A DNA stretch of 64,000 nucleotides, taken from positions 7,657-71,656 of IMG/VR virus record IMGVR_UViG_3300032315_000470. The stretch is one strand, 5' to 3'. A model generated the notes under the pieces. That model was not told where the DNA came from. It saw nothing but the letters and a program-made list of their open reading frames with translations, and searched no databases. Each line of letters begins with the position of its first letter. The stretch's first letter is position 1. Of the stretch, positions 46,992 through 57,231 are shown in pieces. This DNA is from a virus. A program made the position numbers and the translations under genes.

Positions 46992-49115
46992 ATGCAATTA
47001 CAAGACACCAAATCATTACTTGCCAAACTAATGGCAACAGAAAACCTTGTGGTAGAACACCGTAAGGTATCAACAGCTATGTTTGATGTAAAAAATCGTG
47101 TTTTGGTAATTCCAGTTTTAGACAATAACATCAATGCCTACACTTATGACCTTTTTGTTGGTCATGAGGTTGGCCATGCACTTTACACCCCCATAGATGG
47201 TATGTTCAAGGCTCGAGATGAAAAAGTAAACCCATCTATTCTTAATGTTGTAGAAGATTCTCGCATCGAGCGAAAAATCAAATACAAATATCCTGGCCTG
47301 TGTAATTCATTCGTTAAAGCGTACAAAGAACTTTATGCCAAAGATTTTTTTGGTACTAATGGTATTGATTTGAATGAAATGAATTTTATTGACCGCATCA
47401 ACCTACATTGCAAGCTTGGTGTAGGACTTGGTATTAAATTTAATGCCGAAGAAAAATCCTTACTCAAGGAAGTAGAAACCACCCAAAATTACGATCAGGT
47501 TATTGATGTAACCAAACGCATTGTAGAATATATGAAACTACAAGAAGAAGAGCGTAAGTCTAAAATGTCTCCTGATGATGAACAGTACGAAGAAGATGAA
47601 GATGGCAATGATGGATTTAATTCTTGGGACGATTTAGATGATTATGAAGATGGCGAAGAAACCGAAAACGAAGAAGGTAATGTGCCATCCGATTCTAATG
47701 AAGGTGAAGAAAAATCCGAAGATGATGATGAGTTAATCAATGGTGATGATCGGTTTGACCACAAAAAAGTGGAAGAAGATAATGTTCGGTCATTTACTGA
47801 TGAAGCTTACAAACAAAACGAAAAGAAACTTTTTGCTGAAAATGCAAAAAACTTACTCTATGGTAACATTCCCAAATTTGATATGAATAAAGGAATCGTA
47901 TCATACAAAACTCTTTACAAGAGGTATAGAGAAACAATGGCCGGTTACAAAAGAGATGTTGATGACCACACTGATTATTTGAAAATGCGCCGTGAAACCA
48001 ATAAGGTTGTTTCTTATTTGGTAAAAGAATTTGAACTAAGAAAAAATGCTGACCAGTTGAAACGTGCATCTACTGCCAAAACTGGTGATCTTGATATGAA
48101 GAAGATTTTTTCGTATCAGTTTAATGATGACATCTTTAAGAAGATTTCGGTTGTGCCTAATGGTAAATCTCATGGCTTAGTCATGTTCCTTGACTGGTCT
48201 GGTTCGATGTCAAACCACATTGAGAACACAGTAAAACAATTACTTTCACTGGTGATGTTTTGTAAGAAGGTAAATATTCCTTATGATGTGTATGCCTTTG
48301 CAACACCAGAATCGCATGATGCGCATGATTATACGATTACACCAAAAGAAGGTGATTTGGTTTCTAAAAACTTTTACTTGATGAATTTATTATCCAGTAA
48401 AATGACAGCTGGTGAATTTACCTTTGCGGCATCGTCATTGGTTAAAATGTCTTTGAACCCTCGATTTCTGCCGTATTGGATGATGATGGGTGGAACGCCA
48501 TTGAACGAAGCAACAATTGCTGCTATGGAGATTGTACCACATTTTCAAAAACAATATAAATTACAAATCGTAAATACTGTGTTTCTAACTGATGGTGAAG
48601 GACACACAATTCGTAATGTTTATAGTAAAACGGATGATGGCCGCCTTACTACAAGAGGAGACACTTACGGTTATTCTCGGGAACAGTTTGGTATGGTGAT
48701 TCGTGATCCAGTTACAAAACAACAAGAAACGATTGAGAATATATATAATTGTGCATCACATACTGCCGCTTATGTTAAGTTGTTGAAAGTTAAAACTGGT
48801 TGCAATGTTCTTGGTTTTTATGTAATTACTGGTCGTGAATTTGGTCGTAAGATGCATGATTTTTATCCTCGTACTGCAAATTATGATGTGATTAAATCAA
48901 ACTTCCGTAAGAATAAGTATGCGGTTGTTAAGACTGCCGGATTTGATGAATATTATGTCTTGCGGTCCGAGGCATTAGATACAGAAGAAAATTCTAGTTT
49001 TGAAGTTAAAGAAAATGCCACCACTCGTGGCCTCGTTTCGGCTTTCAGTAAGTACACTGGTGGCCGTGTTGCTAACCGTGTAGTATTAAACAGATTCATA
49101 GGATTAATATCATGA
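46992..49115 (+). CDS. Metallopeptidase-vWA (CobT-like) protein
   Basis: GHEVGHALYT, NVVEDSRIE, acidic linker, MIDAS DWSGSM...GGTPL...LTDGE. Confidence 0.85.
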   Translation: MQLQDTKSLLAKLMATENLVVEHRKVSTAMFDVKNRVLVIPVLDNNINAYTYDLFVGHEVGHALYTPIDGMFKARDEKVNPSILNVVEDSRIERKIKYKYPGLCNSFVKAYKELYAKDFFGTNGIDLNEMNFIDRINLHCKLGVGLGIKFNAEEKSLLKEVETTQNYDQVIDVTKRIVEYMKLQEEERKSKMSPDDEQYEEDEDGNDGFNSWDDLDDYEDGEETENEEGNVPSDSNEGEEKSEDDDELINGDDRFDHKKVEEDNVRSFTDEAYKQNEKKLFAENAKNLLYGNIPKFDMNKGIVSYKTLYKRYRETMAGYKRDVDDHTDYLKMRRETNKVVSYLVKEFELRKNADQLKRASTAKTGDLDMKKIFSYQFNDDIFKKISVVPNGKSHGLVMFLDWSGSMSNHIENTVKQLLSLVMFCKKVNIPYDVYAFATPESHDAHDYTITPKEGDLVSKNFYLMNLLSSKMTAGEFTFAASSLVKMSLNPRFLPYWMMMGGTPLNEATIAAMEIVPHFQKQYKLQIVNTVFLTDGEGHTIRNVYSKTDDGRLTTRGDTYGYSREQFGMVIRDPVTKQQETIENIYNCASHTAAYVKLLKVKTGCNVLGFYVITGREFGRKMHDFYPRTANYDVIKSNFRKNKYAVVKTAGFDEYYVLRSEALDTEENSSFEVKENATTRGLVSAFSKYTGGRVANRVVLNRFIGLIS

Positions 49116-49590
49116 TTGATCAGATAGTAACTTTTTTTGGTGCCAGCGGACAGCGTATGGCCGAAATAGGATTCTTGGCGAGTTGTGTGGTTACACCTTT
49201 TTACATTGTGGACTTTATTGATAATACAACAGGATCACAATTAACTAAATTCTTTAATAGTGAAGAAGAAGCCGAAGAAGCTGCTAAGAAGTTTGCGTTT
49301 GAAGGAATAATAGAGGATATAAAATGACCGGCCTTGCGGAGCCTGAAGATTTCAGTCCAAAAAAAATTGCTGATGAATTGTTTGAAAGGTGTAAACAAGC
49401 AAAAGAATGGTTCGTATATTGTTACATCGAAGAATCGTGGATACCAAATGGTGCACCTTTACCATTCGATATGAGAATTGTTGATGGTATTGTTGGTTGC
49501 AGAGTTGTTTGTACCTCCTATTCGGAAGCACAAACAATCGTGGCCAATATTTTACCTGTGATTAAATTTATTAAAGATGATACATTATGA
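49112..49590 (+). CDS. Two hypothetical proteins (49112-49327, 49324-49590)
   Basis: ATGA-coupled ORFs. Confidence 0.55.
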
Positions 49591-50096
49591 TTCAAATGTA
49601 TGAAAATGTTGTACCAGAAAATTTTTGTAATCACCTGATTCAGAAGTTTGAAAATGAAACCAACTTAGATAAAAAATTTGATGTCTTTGATCAATTAGAA
49701 ATACAACATTGGAAAGAAGAAACGAGTATTTTGGTTGACGCTTGTAAAGAATTGTATGGACATTATAGTCAAGTTTTTGATCCTTTAGGCATGATGCCTA
49801 AGACTAGGAAAATTGAATCGGTTCGGTTGAAGCGGTACACACCAAACAAACATAGATTTCCCTTACACGTTGATGTTGGATACTCAGGCAATTGTAGTAG
49901 ATATCTTGCCTTTTTAATATATCTAAATGACAACGAAGCAGGTACAAAGTTTTACTCCCTAAATGAAGAACATATGTTTGAAGCTAAAAGAGGCAATATA
50001 CTTGTATTTCCTCCTACATGGTTTTTTCCACATGAAGGTCTAATGCCTACAAAAACAACCAAGTATATTGCTAGCACATATTTTCACTATATTTAA
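49587..50096 (+). CDS. 2OG-Fe(II) oxygenase
   Basis: HVD, IYLND...GT.F, FPP.W.FPHEG, KY. Confidence 0.88.
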   Translation: MIQMYENVVPENFCNHLIQKFENETNLDKKFDVFDQLEIQHWKEETSILVDACKELYGHYSQVFDPLGMMPKTRKIESVRLKRYTPNKHRFPLHVDVGYSGNCSRYLAFLIYLNDNEAGTKFYSLNEEHMFEAKRGNILVFPPTWFFPHEGLMPTKTTKYIASTYFHYI

Positions 50097-50103
50097 AATG
50101 ATT

Positions 50104-50379
50104 ATGAACGATAAACAAAAAGAAGCACTATTAATTCTACAAGAAGAATGTGCCGAAGTAATTCAAGCTGCATCCAAAGTATTTCGTTTTGGTACAGAAT
50201 CTAGATGGCCAACCGAAGAATCGGGAACCACATTAGAAGAACTGCAAATGGAAGTTGGCCAAGTATTGGCGATGATTGATATTCTGACAGAACAATGCGT
50301 ATTATCGGATACTGCAATCAACGCAGCAAGGCATTATAAAAAAGAAAAATTGAAAATTTGGTCGAGTATTTACAGCTGA
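50104..50379 (+). CDS. MazG-like NTP pyrophosphohydrolase
   Basis: LQEECAEVIQA...LQMEVGQV. Confidence 0.7.
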   Translation: MNDKQKEALLILQEECAEVIQAASKVFRFGTESRWPTEESGTTLEELQMEVGQVLAMIDILTEQCVLSDTAINAARHYKKEKLKIWSSIYS

Positions 50380-50502
50380 TGGACATTAGAGAACTATTAC
50401 AACATTTAAAAAAAATTAGGTGTTGGACATTTACCAATACCATGGCTAGGAATTTATTAGATGAATTAATTGCCAGACTGGAGAACCAGTTACCAAAATA
50501 GT

Positions 50503-50553
50503 GTTGTACCAAAACAACACACCGGTTGACAACCTCCTTGGTTGTGTTACAAT
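50503..50553 (+). promoter_or_regulatory. Early promoter with GTTG-N8-CAAC box
   Basis: GTGTTG TACCAAAA CAACAC; TTGACA-16-TACAAT. Confidence 0.7.
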
Positions 50554-50733
50554 GGTACCCTAATTGAGAAGGAGTTTTATTATGAGCAAATTGAAAAGTT
50601 TAATTATTGATGTTATTGATGATTACTCCCGTGGTGACAGCGAATTTAAATTGGCTGAAAAATATGACCTATCGGTAGATGACATTATCAACATCATTGA
50701 ACAATACTATAATATTTTGGATGAGGTAGTGTA

Positions 50734-51066
50734 ATGACTAAATCTGGCGAAAAGCTTTTATCGATACTTCCTTTCGTTGAAGATTATCAAAGGCATATAG
50801 AAAGTAACTACGCTCAAAATGCCAGAAATTGTGAGTATTCTCGTGATCTAGGTTTCACCACAGGATTTGAGGCTGGCACAAAGTACATAAAGATTTTTCA
50901 TTGGTATGATAATGGCAGTTCCTTGAAACAAAGAAGTTGCCACTCATTCGTTGATTATGAAGGTAACATATGGAAAGCGGCAAGTTGGAAAGCACCAGCC
51001 AAAAACTTTCCCCGTGGTAATGTCAAGACGAAAGATTACGGCACAATTAGGTGGACTGGTTGTTAA
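50734..51066 (+). CDS. Conserved phage early protein
   Basis: KYIKI...HSFVD..G...KAASWKAPAKN.RGN motif. Confidence 0.7.
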   Translation: MTKSGEKLLSILPFVEDYQRHIESNYAQNARNCEYSRDLGFTTGFEAGTKYIKIFHWYDNGSSLKQRSCHSFVDYEGNIWKAASWKAPAKNFPRGNVKTKDYGTIRWTGC

Positions 51067-51102
51067 TTGTATTATATTTTAATATTTAAAAAAGGATAGA
51101 TA

Positions 51103-51291
51103 ATGAATTTCAGTGAATTTAACTTACTCGGCATATCATTACAAGAATTAAACTTATTTTCGTTTATGCTTGGAATGACCTTTGCTTTCTTCAATCAAGG
51201 AGTATTCGGTAAGCATATTGGCAAATATGTTATATCATACTTTATGATACTCGCTCTGTGGTACGCTTTAAAGTATCATTTCGCACTTTAA
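51103..51291 (+). CDS. Small membrane protein
   Basis: Two hydrophobic segments; AAGGA RBS. Confidence 0.5.
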   Translation: MNFSEFNLLGISLQELNLFSFMLGMTFAFFNQGVFGKHIGKYVISYFMILALWYALKYHFAL

Positions 51292-51334
51292 TAGAACACA
51301 ATATGGATACAAAATCAGCAGTAATTATTCTTAT

Positions 51335-51958
51335 GTGCTTAATCGCAATTGCGTCATACATTCAACATACGCACATCCTATGACACCAGAACAAATTAAA
51401 CACCTAGAAGAACTGGTCAACAAAACGACCAAACGAGCACCGTCTTTTGCCATGATGCTAAATCATGTAATACAGATCGATAATCCACTTATTGTTGAAA
51501 CTGGCTGTGCCAGACAAGAAAACAATTTCGAAGGTGATGGTATGTCGACCACCATCTTTGATACCTTTGTTGATTATCATGGTGGCGAGTTATACTCGGT
51601 AGATATTAATCCAGACAATGTTCGGTTTGCCGCGGCTACGGCAAAGAAAGCAAACATCATCTGTTCCGATTCGGTAAAGTTTCTACACCAACAATCCAAG
51701 GTATGGGTATCACAGAACCGAAAGATTGATTTACTGTATCTTGATTCGTTTGATTTTGATATGGCCAATCCACATCCATCCTCATTACACCACATCTTTG
51801 AACTGGTTGCGATTATGCCATGCCTTCAAGAAGGTACGATGATCTGTGTTGATGATAACTTTGACACCTTGGGTAAAGGTGGTTACGTGAAAGAGTTTAT
51901 GGACTTAATCGGCCACGAAAGATTATATAACGGTTATCAATGGGTCTGGAAACTATGA
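51335..51958 (+). CDS. Class I SAM-dependent methyltransferase
   Basis: IVETGC, SVDI, IDLLYLDS, VDDN, GKG. Confidence 0.8.
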   Translation: MLNRNCVIHSTYAHPMTPEQIKHLEELVNKTTKRAPSFAMMLNHVIQIDNPLIVETGCARQENNFEGDGMSTTIFDTFVDYHGGELYSVDINPDNVRFAAATAKKANIICSDSVKFLHQQSKVWVSQNRKIDLLYLDSFDFDMANPHPSSLHHIFELVAIMPCLQEGTMICVDDNFDTLGKGGYVKEFMDLIGHERLYNGYQWVWKL

Positions 51959-52296
51959 GTTTCTTCTATACTGAACCGGTATATAAAGATCCAAATCAAC
52001 TTGAATTAGAATTAAAACAATTCTGGCCACTTACTGAACAGATTACTTTAAAACTATCTTATGAAGGTTGCGATACCCAACCCAAGATCATTCAAAATGT
52101 TCCACTAGGAGATGGATTTGCATATAGTTGGGGTTCAGTAACGACCTCCACCATTACTCCACATCTCACCATCACTCCGATACATTCTGTTGGTGAACTC
52201 TCTATCGGAGGCATCCGTGTTGGCCTGGAAAAGAAACCAACATGGTTACAAACACAATTACACAAACTCTTAGGATTTAACTGGAAAGACAAATGA
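51940..52296 (+). CDS. Hypothetical protein
   Basis: ORF overlapping its neighbours. Confidence 0.55.
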   Translation: MGLETMSFFYTEPVYKDPNQLELELKQFWPLTEQITLKLSYEGCDTQPKIIQNVPLGDGFAYSWGSVTTSTITPHLTITPIHSVGELSIGGIRVGLEKKPTWLQTQLHKLLGFNWKDK

Positions 52297-52562
52297 CATT
52301 TACAACCGACTCCTCAGGCAAATGGGTACCAATCGAGGATGTGCTCAGATTAATGGAACGCATCAGAGAACTAGAACAACAGATATACGGATCGAAATAA
52401 CGAAACGCAACACTAGACATACTAACTTGCTTTGGATAATACAATGACCTTTATTCTTTCCGGCGCTTCCGGGCTTTCCCTCCAATATCTACCATTTATC
52501 GCCACCTTTATTATCGTAATCTCTCTTTGAGCGTTTCAATACATTATTAAACAGACACACAC

Positions 52563-53285
52563 ATGACGAAAGAAACTATAGAAGAATTCTTAGCTCGTGG
52601 TGGAAACATCTCCACTAAGAAAGTAAAACCTAAACCTTCTTTCGAATTAAACGAACCTATAGATTATCCTGCGATTGGACGAAACAGGCCCACAATAGAA
52701 GAATACTATAATTCTCTATCACCCAAAAGAGATTTCTCCAATAAAGAGTTCGAAAATCAACTCCACGAATTTTATCAGTCTAAAGAATGGAAATCTATTC
52801 GAGAGACCGTTCGAACACAACTTACTCAAATGTGTCCGGTATGTGGATCAGAACATAATCTAGTTGTAGACCATATCAAACCAATCAGATACTTTTGGGA
52901 ATTACGATTGGTTCTAAAGAACCTTCAATTATTATGTGGTGAATGTAATTTAGAAAAAGGATCTATTCCTAACTGGAACCTTTCATGGCACATTAGAAAC
53001 AAAGAACATTTAAGTGAAGCTCGATTACTTATAGAGAGTAGTGTAAAAGAAAAAGAACGAAGGAAACTAGACAAAGGCGCTCACTCCAATCTAGAACATT
53101 GGGAGATAAAGGAATTTAAAAGGTGTTACACCAGTTACTCTCAACTTGCAAGAAATAAAAAACTCACACTCTTACCCAAACCGGAGTTTAGGAAGACTGT
53201 AGAGAATAACTTTCCATTCAACACTTGGAGTAACACCACCAAGATTAAACGATGGATCAAGGAAACCTTTAATGATACTGAATAA
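52563..53285 (+). CDS. HNH endonuclease
   Basis: FYQSKEW, CPVCG...VDHIKP...NLQLLCGECNLEKG. Confidence 0.88.
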   Translation: MTKETIEEFLARGGNISTKKVKPKPSFELNEPIDYPAIGRNRPTIEEYYNSLSPKRDFSNKEFENQLHEFYQSKEWKSIRETVRTQLTQMCPVCGSEHNLVVDHIKPIRYFWELRLVLKNLQLLCGECNLEKGSIPNWNLSWHIRNKEHLSEARLLIESSVKEKERRKLDKGAHSNLEHWEIKEFKRCYTSYSQLARNKKLTLLPKPEFRKTVENNFPFNTWSNTTKIKRWIKETFNDTE

Positions 53286-53580
53286 GAGAAACGCACAGAC
53301 GGCTCGATGGGACCACGATAATAATAAGTGGTTAGTCGGTACTAGAGAATACCAATGGTACCACGAAAAGACCAAGGAGGAATCTCCGTGGATGAATTTA
53401 GATGATGCTTTAATATGGATAAAGGAACACGATGAAGGACGATAGAACATGAAAGTAAAGAAACTGATTAAGAAGATGTATGGTGCTATTCTGGCACACA
53501 ATCTCAAAAGAGAAAAGAAACTGTATAAGAAACTTTTGAAGAAATCTCTCAAAGGCAAAAACACTACGGCCGTTCGGTAG
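53272..53580 (+). CDS. Two small hypothetical proteins (53272-53445; Lys-rich 53449-53580)
   Basis: Open frames with AAGGA RBSs, below the ORF-track size cut-off. Confidence 0.5.
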
Positions 53581-53990
53581 CCACCAGAAAAAAATCTGGA
53601 ATTTCGAAATCCTGAGGAAAGCTCCAGAAAATAAAAATTCGAGAAAAAGAGTTTGACCTGGAAACACGTTTTTTATTATTTGCTTAATATCTCGCACAGC
53701 ATCGCCGCCTTTACACCATATAAGTCAATCCACATAAGTCGCCACCACACACATCCGAGCCGTACCACTCATAGTCTCCAAGAGTACTCCACACCACTCC
53801 CACCAAGACCACCAGTACAGTCCCACCCAGTCACGCCCAATCCCCACAAGGCTCCCACGCCCATTTTATACCATTCCCAGCCGTATCCCCTCTAAGGCCT
53901 CTCTGCGCCCACCGCTACTCCCAATAATAGTCCATCCATCCGGTCAAGTATTATCCATAACCGGATCAATCACTTACAAGCGCCAAATAA
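53581..53990. other. Non-coding region with palindromes and a strongly C-rich tract
   Basis: CCAGA..TCTGG and ATTTCGAAAT palindromes, then many CCC/CAC runs with few G. Confidence 0.6.
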
Positions 53991-53995
53991 AGTGG

Positions 53996-54023
53996 TTGAC
54001 ATTTTTTGTGGTTCCTGTATACT
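53996..54023 (+). promoter_or_regulatory. Early sigma70-like promoter
   Basis: TTGACA-16-TATACT with GGTTCCTG before the -10. Confidence 0.75.
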
Positions 54024-54059
54024 AAGAGAATGAAAAATCGCTCAGAAAAAGACAATTTT

Positions 54060-54627
54060 ATGAATTTAGATAATTTATCTATTATTGAATTAAAGCAGTT
54101 ATTATCTAGAGTTAATCAAGATATTACTGCTATTAAGCGCAAAGAAAATGCTGCCAAAAAAGCTGCTAATAATACAGTATCAGAATTAGCAGAATGTAAT
54201 ATTATCGCTAAACGATTTACTGGCAAGATTATCCCTGCACCTATTCAAAATGCTAAGTTAATCGCTGACATTCAAATCCAAAAAGATATTCTAGAATTTC
54301 TGAATAATGGTGGCCGTATTATTACTGCTAAGCGTAGAAAATCAACCAAAGCATTTACTGTATCATTAACCAACCAAGTATCACTTTAATCTAAACTAAA
54401 AAGGAAATTATATGTTATTAATCGACAAAATCCAAGCATTATCATTAAAAGACAAGCGTGCATTAGTAAAAACAATCCGCTCCATTATCTCTGAGGAAGT
54501 AAAAGAGCAGAAGGTTTTAAAAGTATTTTCTAAAGTGGCAAAAGAAAATGCTAAGAAGGAAAAAGTATTAGCGCAGATTAAAGCTGCTGAAGAAAAGCTC
54601 GCTAAACTAAATGCTAAATTAGCTTAA
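54060..54627 (+). CDS. Two basic coiled-coil early proteins (54060-54389, 54412-54627)
   Basis: First ORFs after the 53996 promoter; K/A-rich. Confidence 0.6.
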
Positions 54628-54724
54628 ACTGTTTATAGTAACCATTAGATAATAGTGGTTATTATTAAGTAGTTTAGTTTAAACCGCTTTATTTTGATTG
54701 AAATTTTTATTATAAAGGCATACT

Positions 54725-55492
54725 ATGAAATTATTAAGCACAGGTAATCCCAAGACCTTAAAGGGAATGCAGCAGGGTTATAATACCTATATTCTACATT
54801 TAGCACCAGCAACATTATCTGGACATAATACTTGCCCAAAAGCAACCAAGGGCTGTATTAATGCTTGCTTGAATACTGCTGGTCGTGGTGGTATGTTTAA
54901 AAAGGGTGAGAATACCAATAATATTCAGAAAGCCCGTATCCGTAAAACTAAGTTATTCTATAATGACCGTGATACCTTTATGCACCTATTATATAAAGAT
55001 ATTACATTGGCGATTAAACAGTCAGCTAAACTAGGATTAACTCCAGTATTTCGTTTAAATGGTACCTCTGATATTAGCTGGGAAAAGTATCCAGTTACCA
55101 TGGGTAATGTCACTTATTCTAATATATTTGCCGCTTTCGGTCATATTCAATTCTATGATTATACCAAGGTATTAGGTCGTAAAGTGAATAATATCCCCAA
55201 TTATCACCTTACATTCTCTGCTGCCGATGGTAATGATAATGATGTAGATAATGCTATTCAGCAAGGTTATAATATTGCTGTAGTATTCAACCTAAAGAAA
55301 ACATTACCAATGCCAGAGTATCATAGGTTCAATAATCAAGTAAGACCAGTATTCAATGGTGATGAAAGTGATTTACGCTTTCTTGATCCAGATAATCATA
55401 TAGTAGGATTATATGCTAAAGGTAAGGCCAAGAAGGATATAAGTGGTTTCGTAAAGAATCCAAACTTTATTCCTATTCGATTGGCAGCATAA
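54725..55492 (+). CDS. GP88-like protein (radical-SAM-related Cys motif)
   Basis: LAPA..GHNTCP....GC...CL..AGRG, RLNGTSD, FYDYTK, GDESDLRFLD. Confidence 0.7.
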   Translation: MKLLSTGNPKTLKGMQQGYNTYILHLAPATLSGHNTCPKATKGCINACLNTAGRGGMFKKGENTNNIQKARIRKTKLFYNDRDTFMHLLYKDITLAIKQSAKLGLTPVFRLNGTSDISWEKYPVTMGNVTYSNIFAAFGHIQFYDYTKVLGRKVNNIPNYHLTFSAADGNDNDVDNAIQQGYNIAVVFNLKKTLPMPEYHRFNNQVRPVFNGDESDLRFLDPDNHIVGLYAKGKAKKDISGFVKNPNFIPIRLAA

Positions 55493-55550
55493 CCTACTGA
55501 TATTGTTTATTATAACCTTAGAGATGCTCTGAGGTTATGAGTAAGTGATA

Positions 55551-55620
55551 ATAGTAAGTAATAGTAAGTAATGGTAAGTAATGGTAAGTAATGGTAAGTA
55601 ATGGTAAGTAATGGTAAGGA
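55551..55620. repeat. Tandem 10-bp repeat ATRGTAAGTA, about 7 copies
   Basis: Directly visible; preceded by a 13-bp hairpin at 55511-55539. Confidence 0.95.
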
Positions 55621-55765
55621 CGCTCAGGAAACCGTGCGGATTGTTATTGGATGATACGGAGGATGGCAATGTCAGACTAAGCTTCGTTTGGTATTCATAT
55701 CCAGCGACTGGTTCCACGACTGTCCCACTTTTTGACACTTTTTCACACATTTTATAGGAATTATT

Positions 55766-57121
55766 ATGCAATTAAGTAAACAAGATTATCTGGATATTAT
55801 CCAAAAGGCACAGGATTGTCTTTGTGACGTATACTCTGTTTATCCAGATAAGAATGATTTGGACGATATGGATTCACCAGTATCTTATATTCTCAATGCG
55901 ATTGGTGATATTCAGAAGGCAGTTAATCTAATATCAGATGAAATTGAAAAGGAATCAGTATGAATAATGAAAGGGGTTTGATTTTAATTCGATTAGAATT
56001 GATAGCCGATGATTATGATTTACACGATTATATCCGTTCTAGTATTGAAAAGACAGGCCATAAATTTGTTAAAGATTTATCTCCCGTTGAATTACTGAAT
56101 TTATATGATTCCGTTTTATGTAAAATTTACCAATAAAGGAGTATTATGTCTAGTATAAAGCGTTATATGGAAGATTTTAACTATTATTTCGATAATAACC
56201 ATGGTGATGTGGTAATTGGTAATTATACATTCTCGGCTGCTGATGTATTAAGGGAGTTTGATCCTATTGCATATAATCAGGAGTTTAATGAGTGGTTGAA
56301 TATACAGGAGGCAGTATGAAACCAGTATTTACTTGTGGTGGTGATGTATTTGAATCGATAGAATTGGCAATACAATATGCCAATCATGTTTATATGACCC
56401 AAGGCATTATCCTTGGTATTGAGAAGGTGGAATAATATGGATTTATTTGAATTAATTGATGAAGTGACAGAAATTACCGATAATTATGTTGGTCAAATGT
56501 GGCATGTACCAGCGAGTGAATTAGGCCTTGACCAACGGTGTGGTAAGTTATTTGCCAATGCAGATTGTATTGCCGTATATAAAGATAATGACCGTAGTTT
56601 ACAGTATTATGGTGGTTTTGAATATATTGATAAAGAATTCCGCCATGAAATGGGTGATTATGTATTCTATTCAGTAGAGGATAATCGAGTCTGTGGTCAT
56701 TTAGTAACTTATTTGAATAAAGTGGAGGCAGTATAATGGTTAGAGTTAAAATAGAATTGACTGAGCAGCAATTAGATAATCTGGTTGATGTGCTGGAGTA
56801 TGTAAGTAGTTGCGAACATGAGAATTATGTGGAGCACTTGGAAGAAGGGTATAATGGTAATAACCATGTTTATGCCAAGGCGGTAGAGTTAATGAATTTA
56901 TCATGGAGTAAAGTTTGAATAGTGTATTAAAGTGGTCGGCCACCGTTATTACCTTAATCGGTGCAGTATTAACGGCGGCCAATTTATATCCCTATAATAT
57001 CTACGCATTTAATATCGGTTGTATATTATGGATAGTATGGGGTTATAGAATCAGAGAAAATTGTATTATATTGGTTAATTCCGTCTTATTGGCCATATAT
57101 CTGGTTGGTGCGTTGTTTTGA
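55766..57121 (+). CDS. Run of small, translationally coupled early ORFs (55766-55963, 55960-56136, 56146-56319, 56316-56435, 56437-56736, 56736-56918, 56915-57121 membrane)
   Basis: Overlapping stop/start codons with embedded RBSs. Confidence 0.55.
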
Positions 57122-57231
57122 TACAACACTTTTCCATGTATCGGCCAAGTATTGTTATCGGATTGTGCCAATTTGATTGTGGTACAGTCCAATACCTGTA
57201 TAATGGTAATATTAATTGATTAGGAGAATAT

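Noticed and set aside
53653-53895. Pro/His-rich ORF from the track
   Set aside because: TTG start without RBS; composition is explained by the C-rich tract, so likely spurious.
55551-55620. Possible CRISPR array
   Set aside because: Units are 10 bp, head-to-tail with no spacers, and no cas genes are visible.
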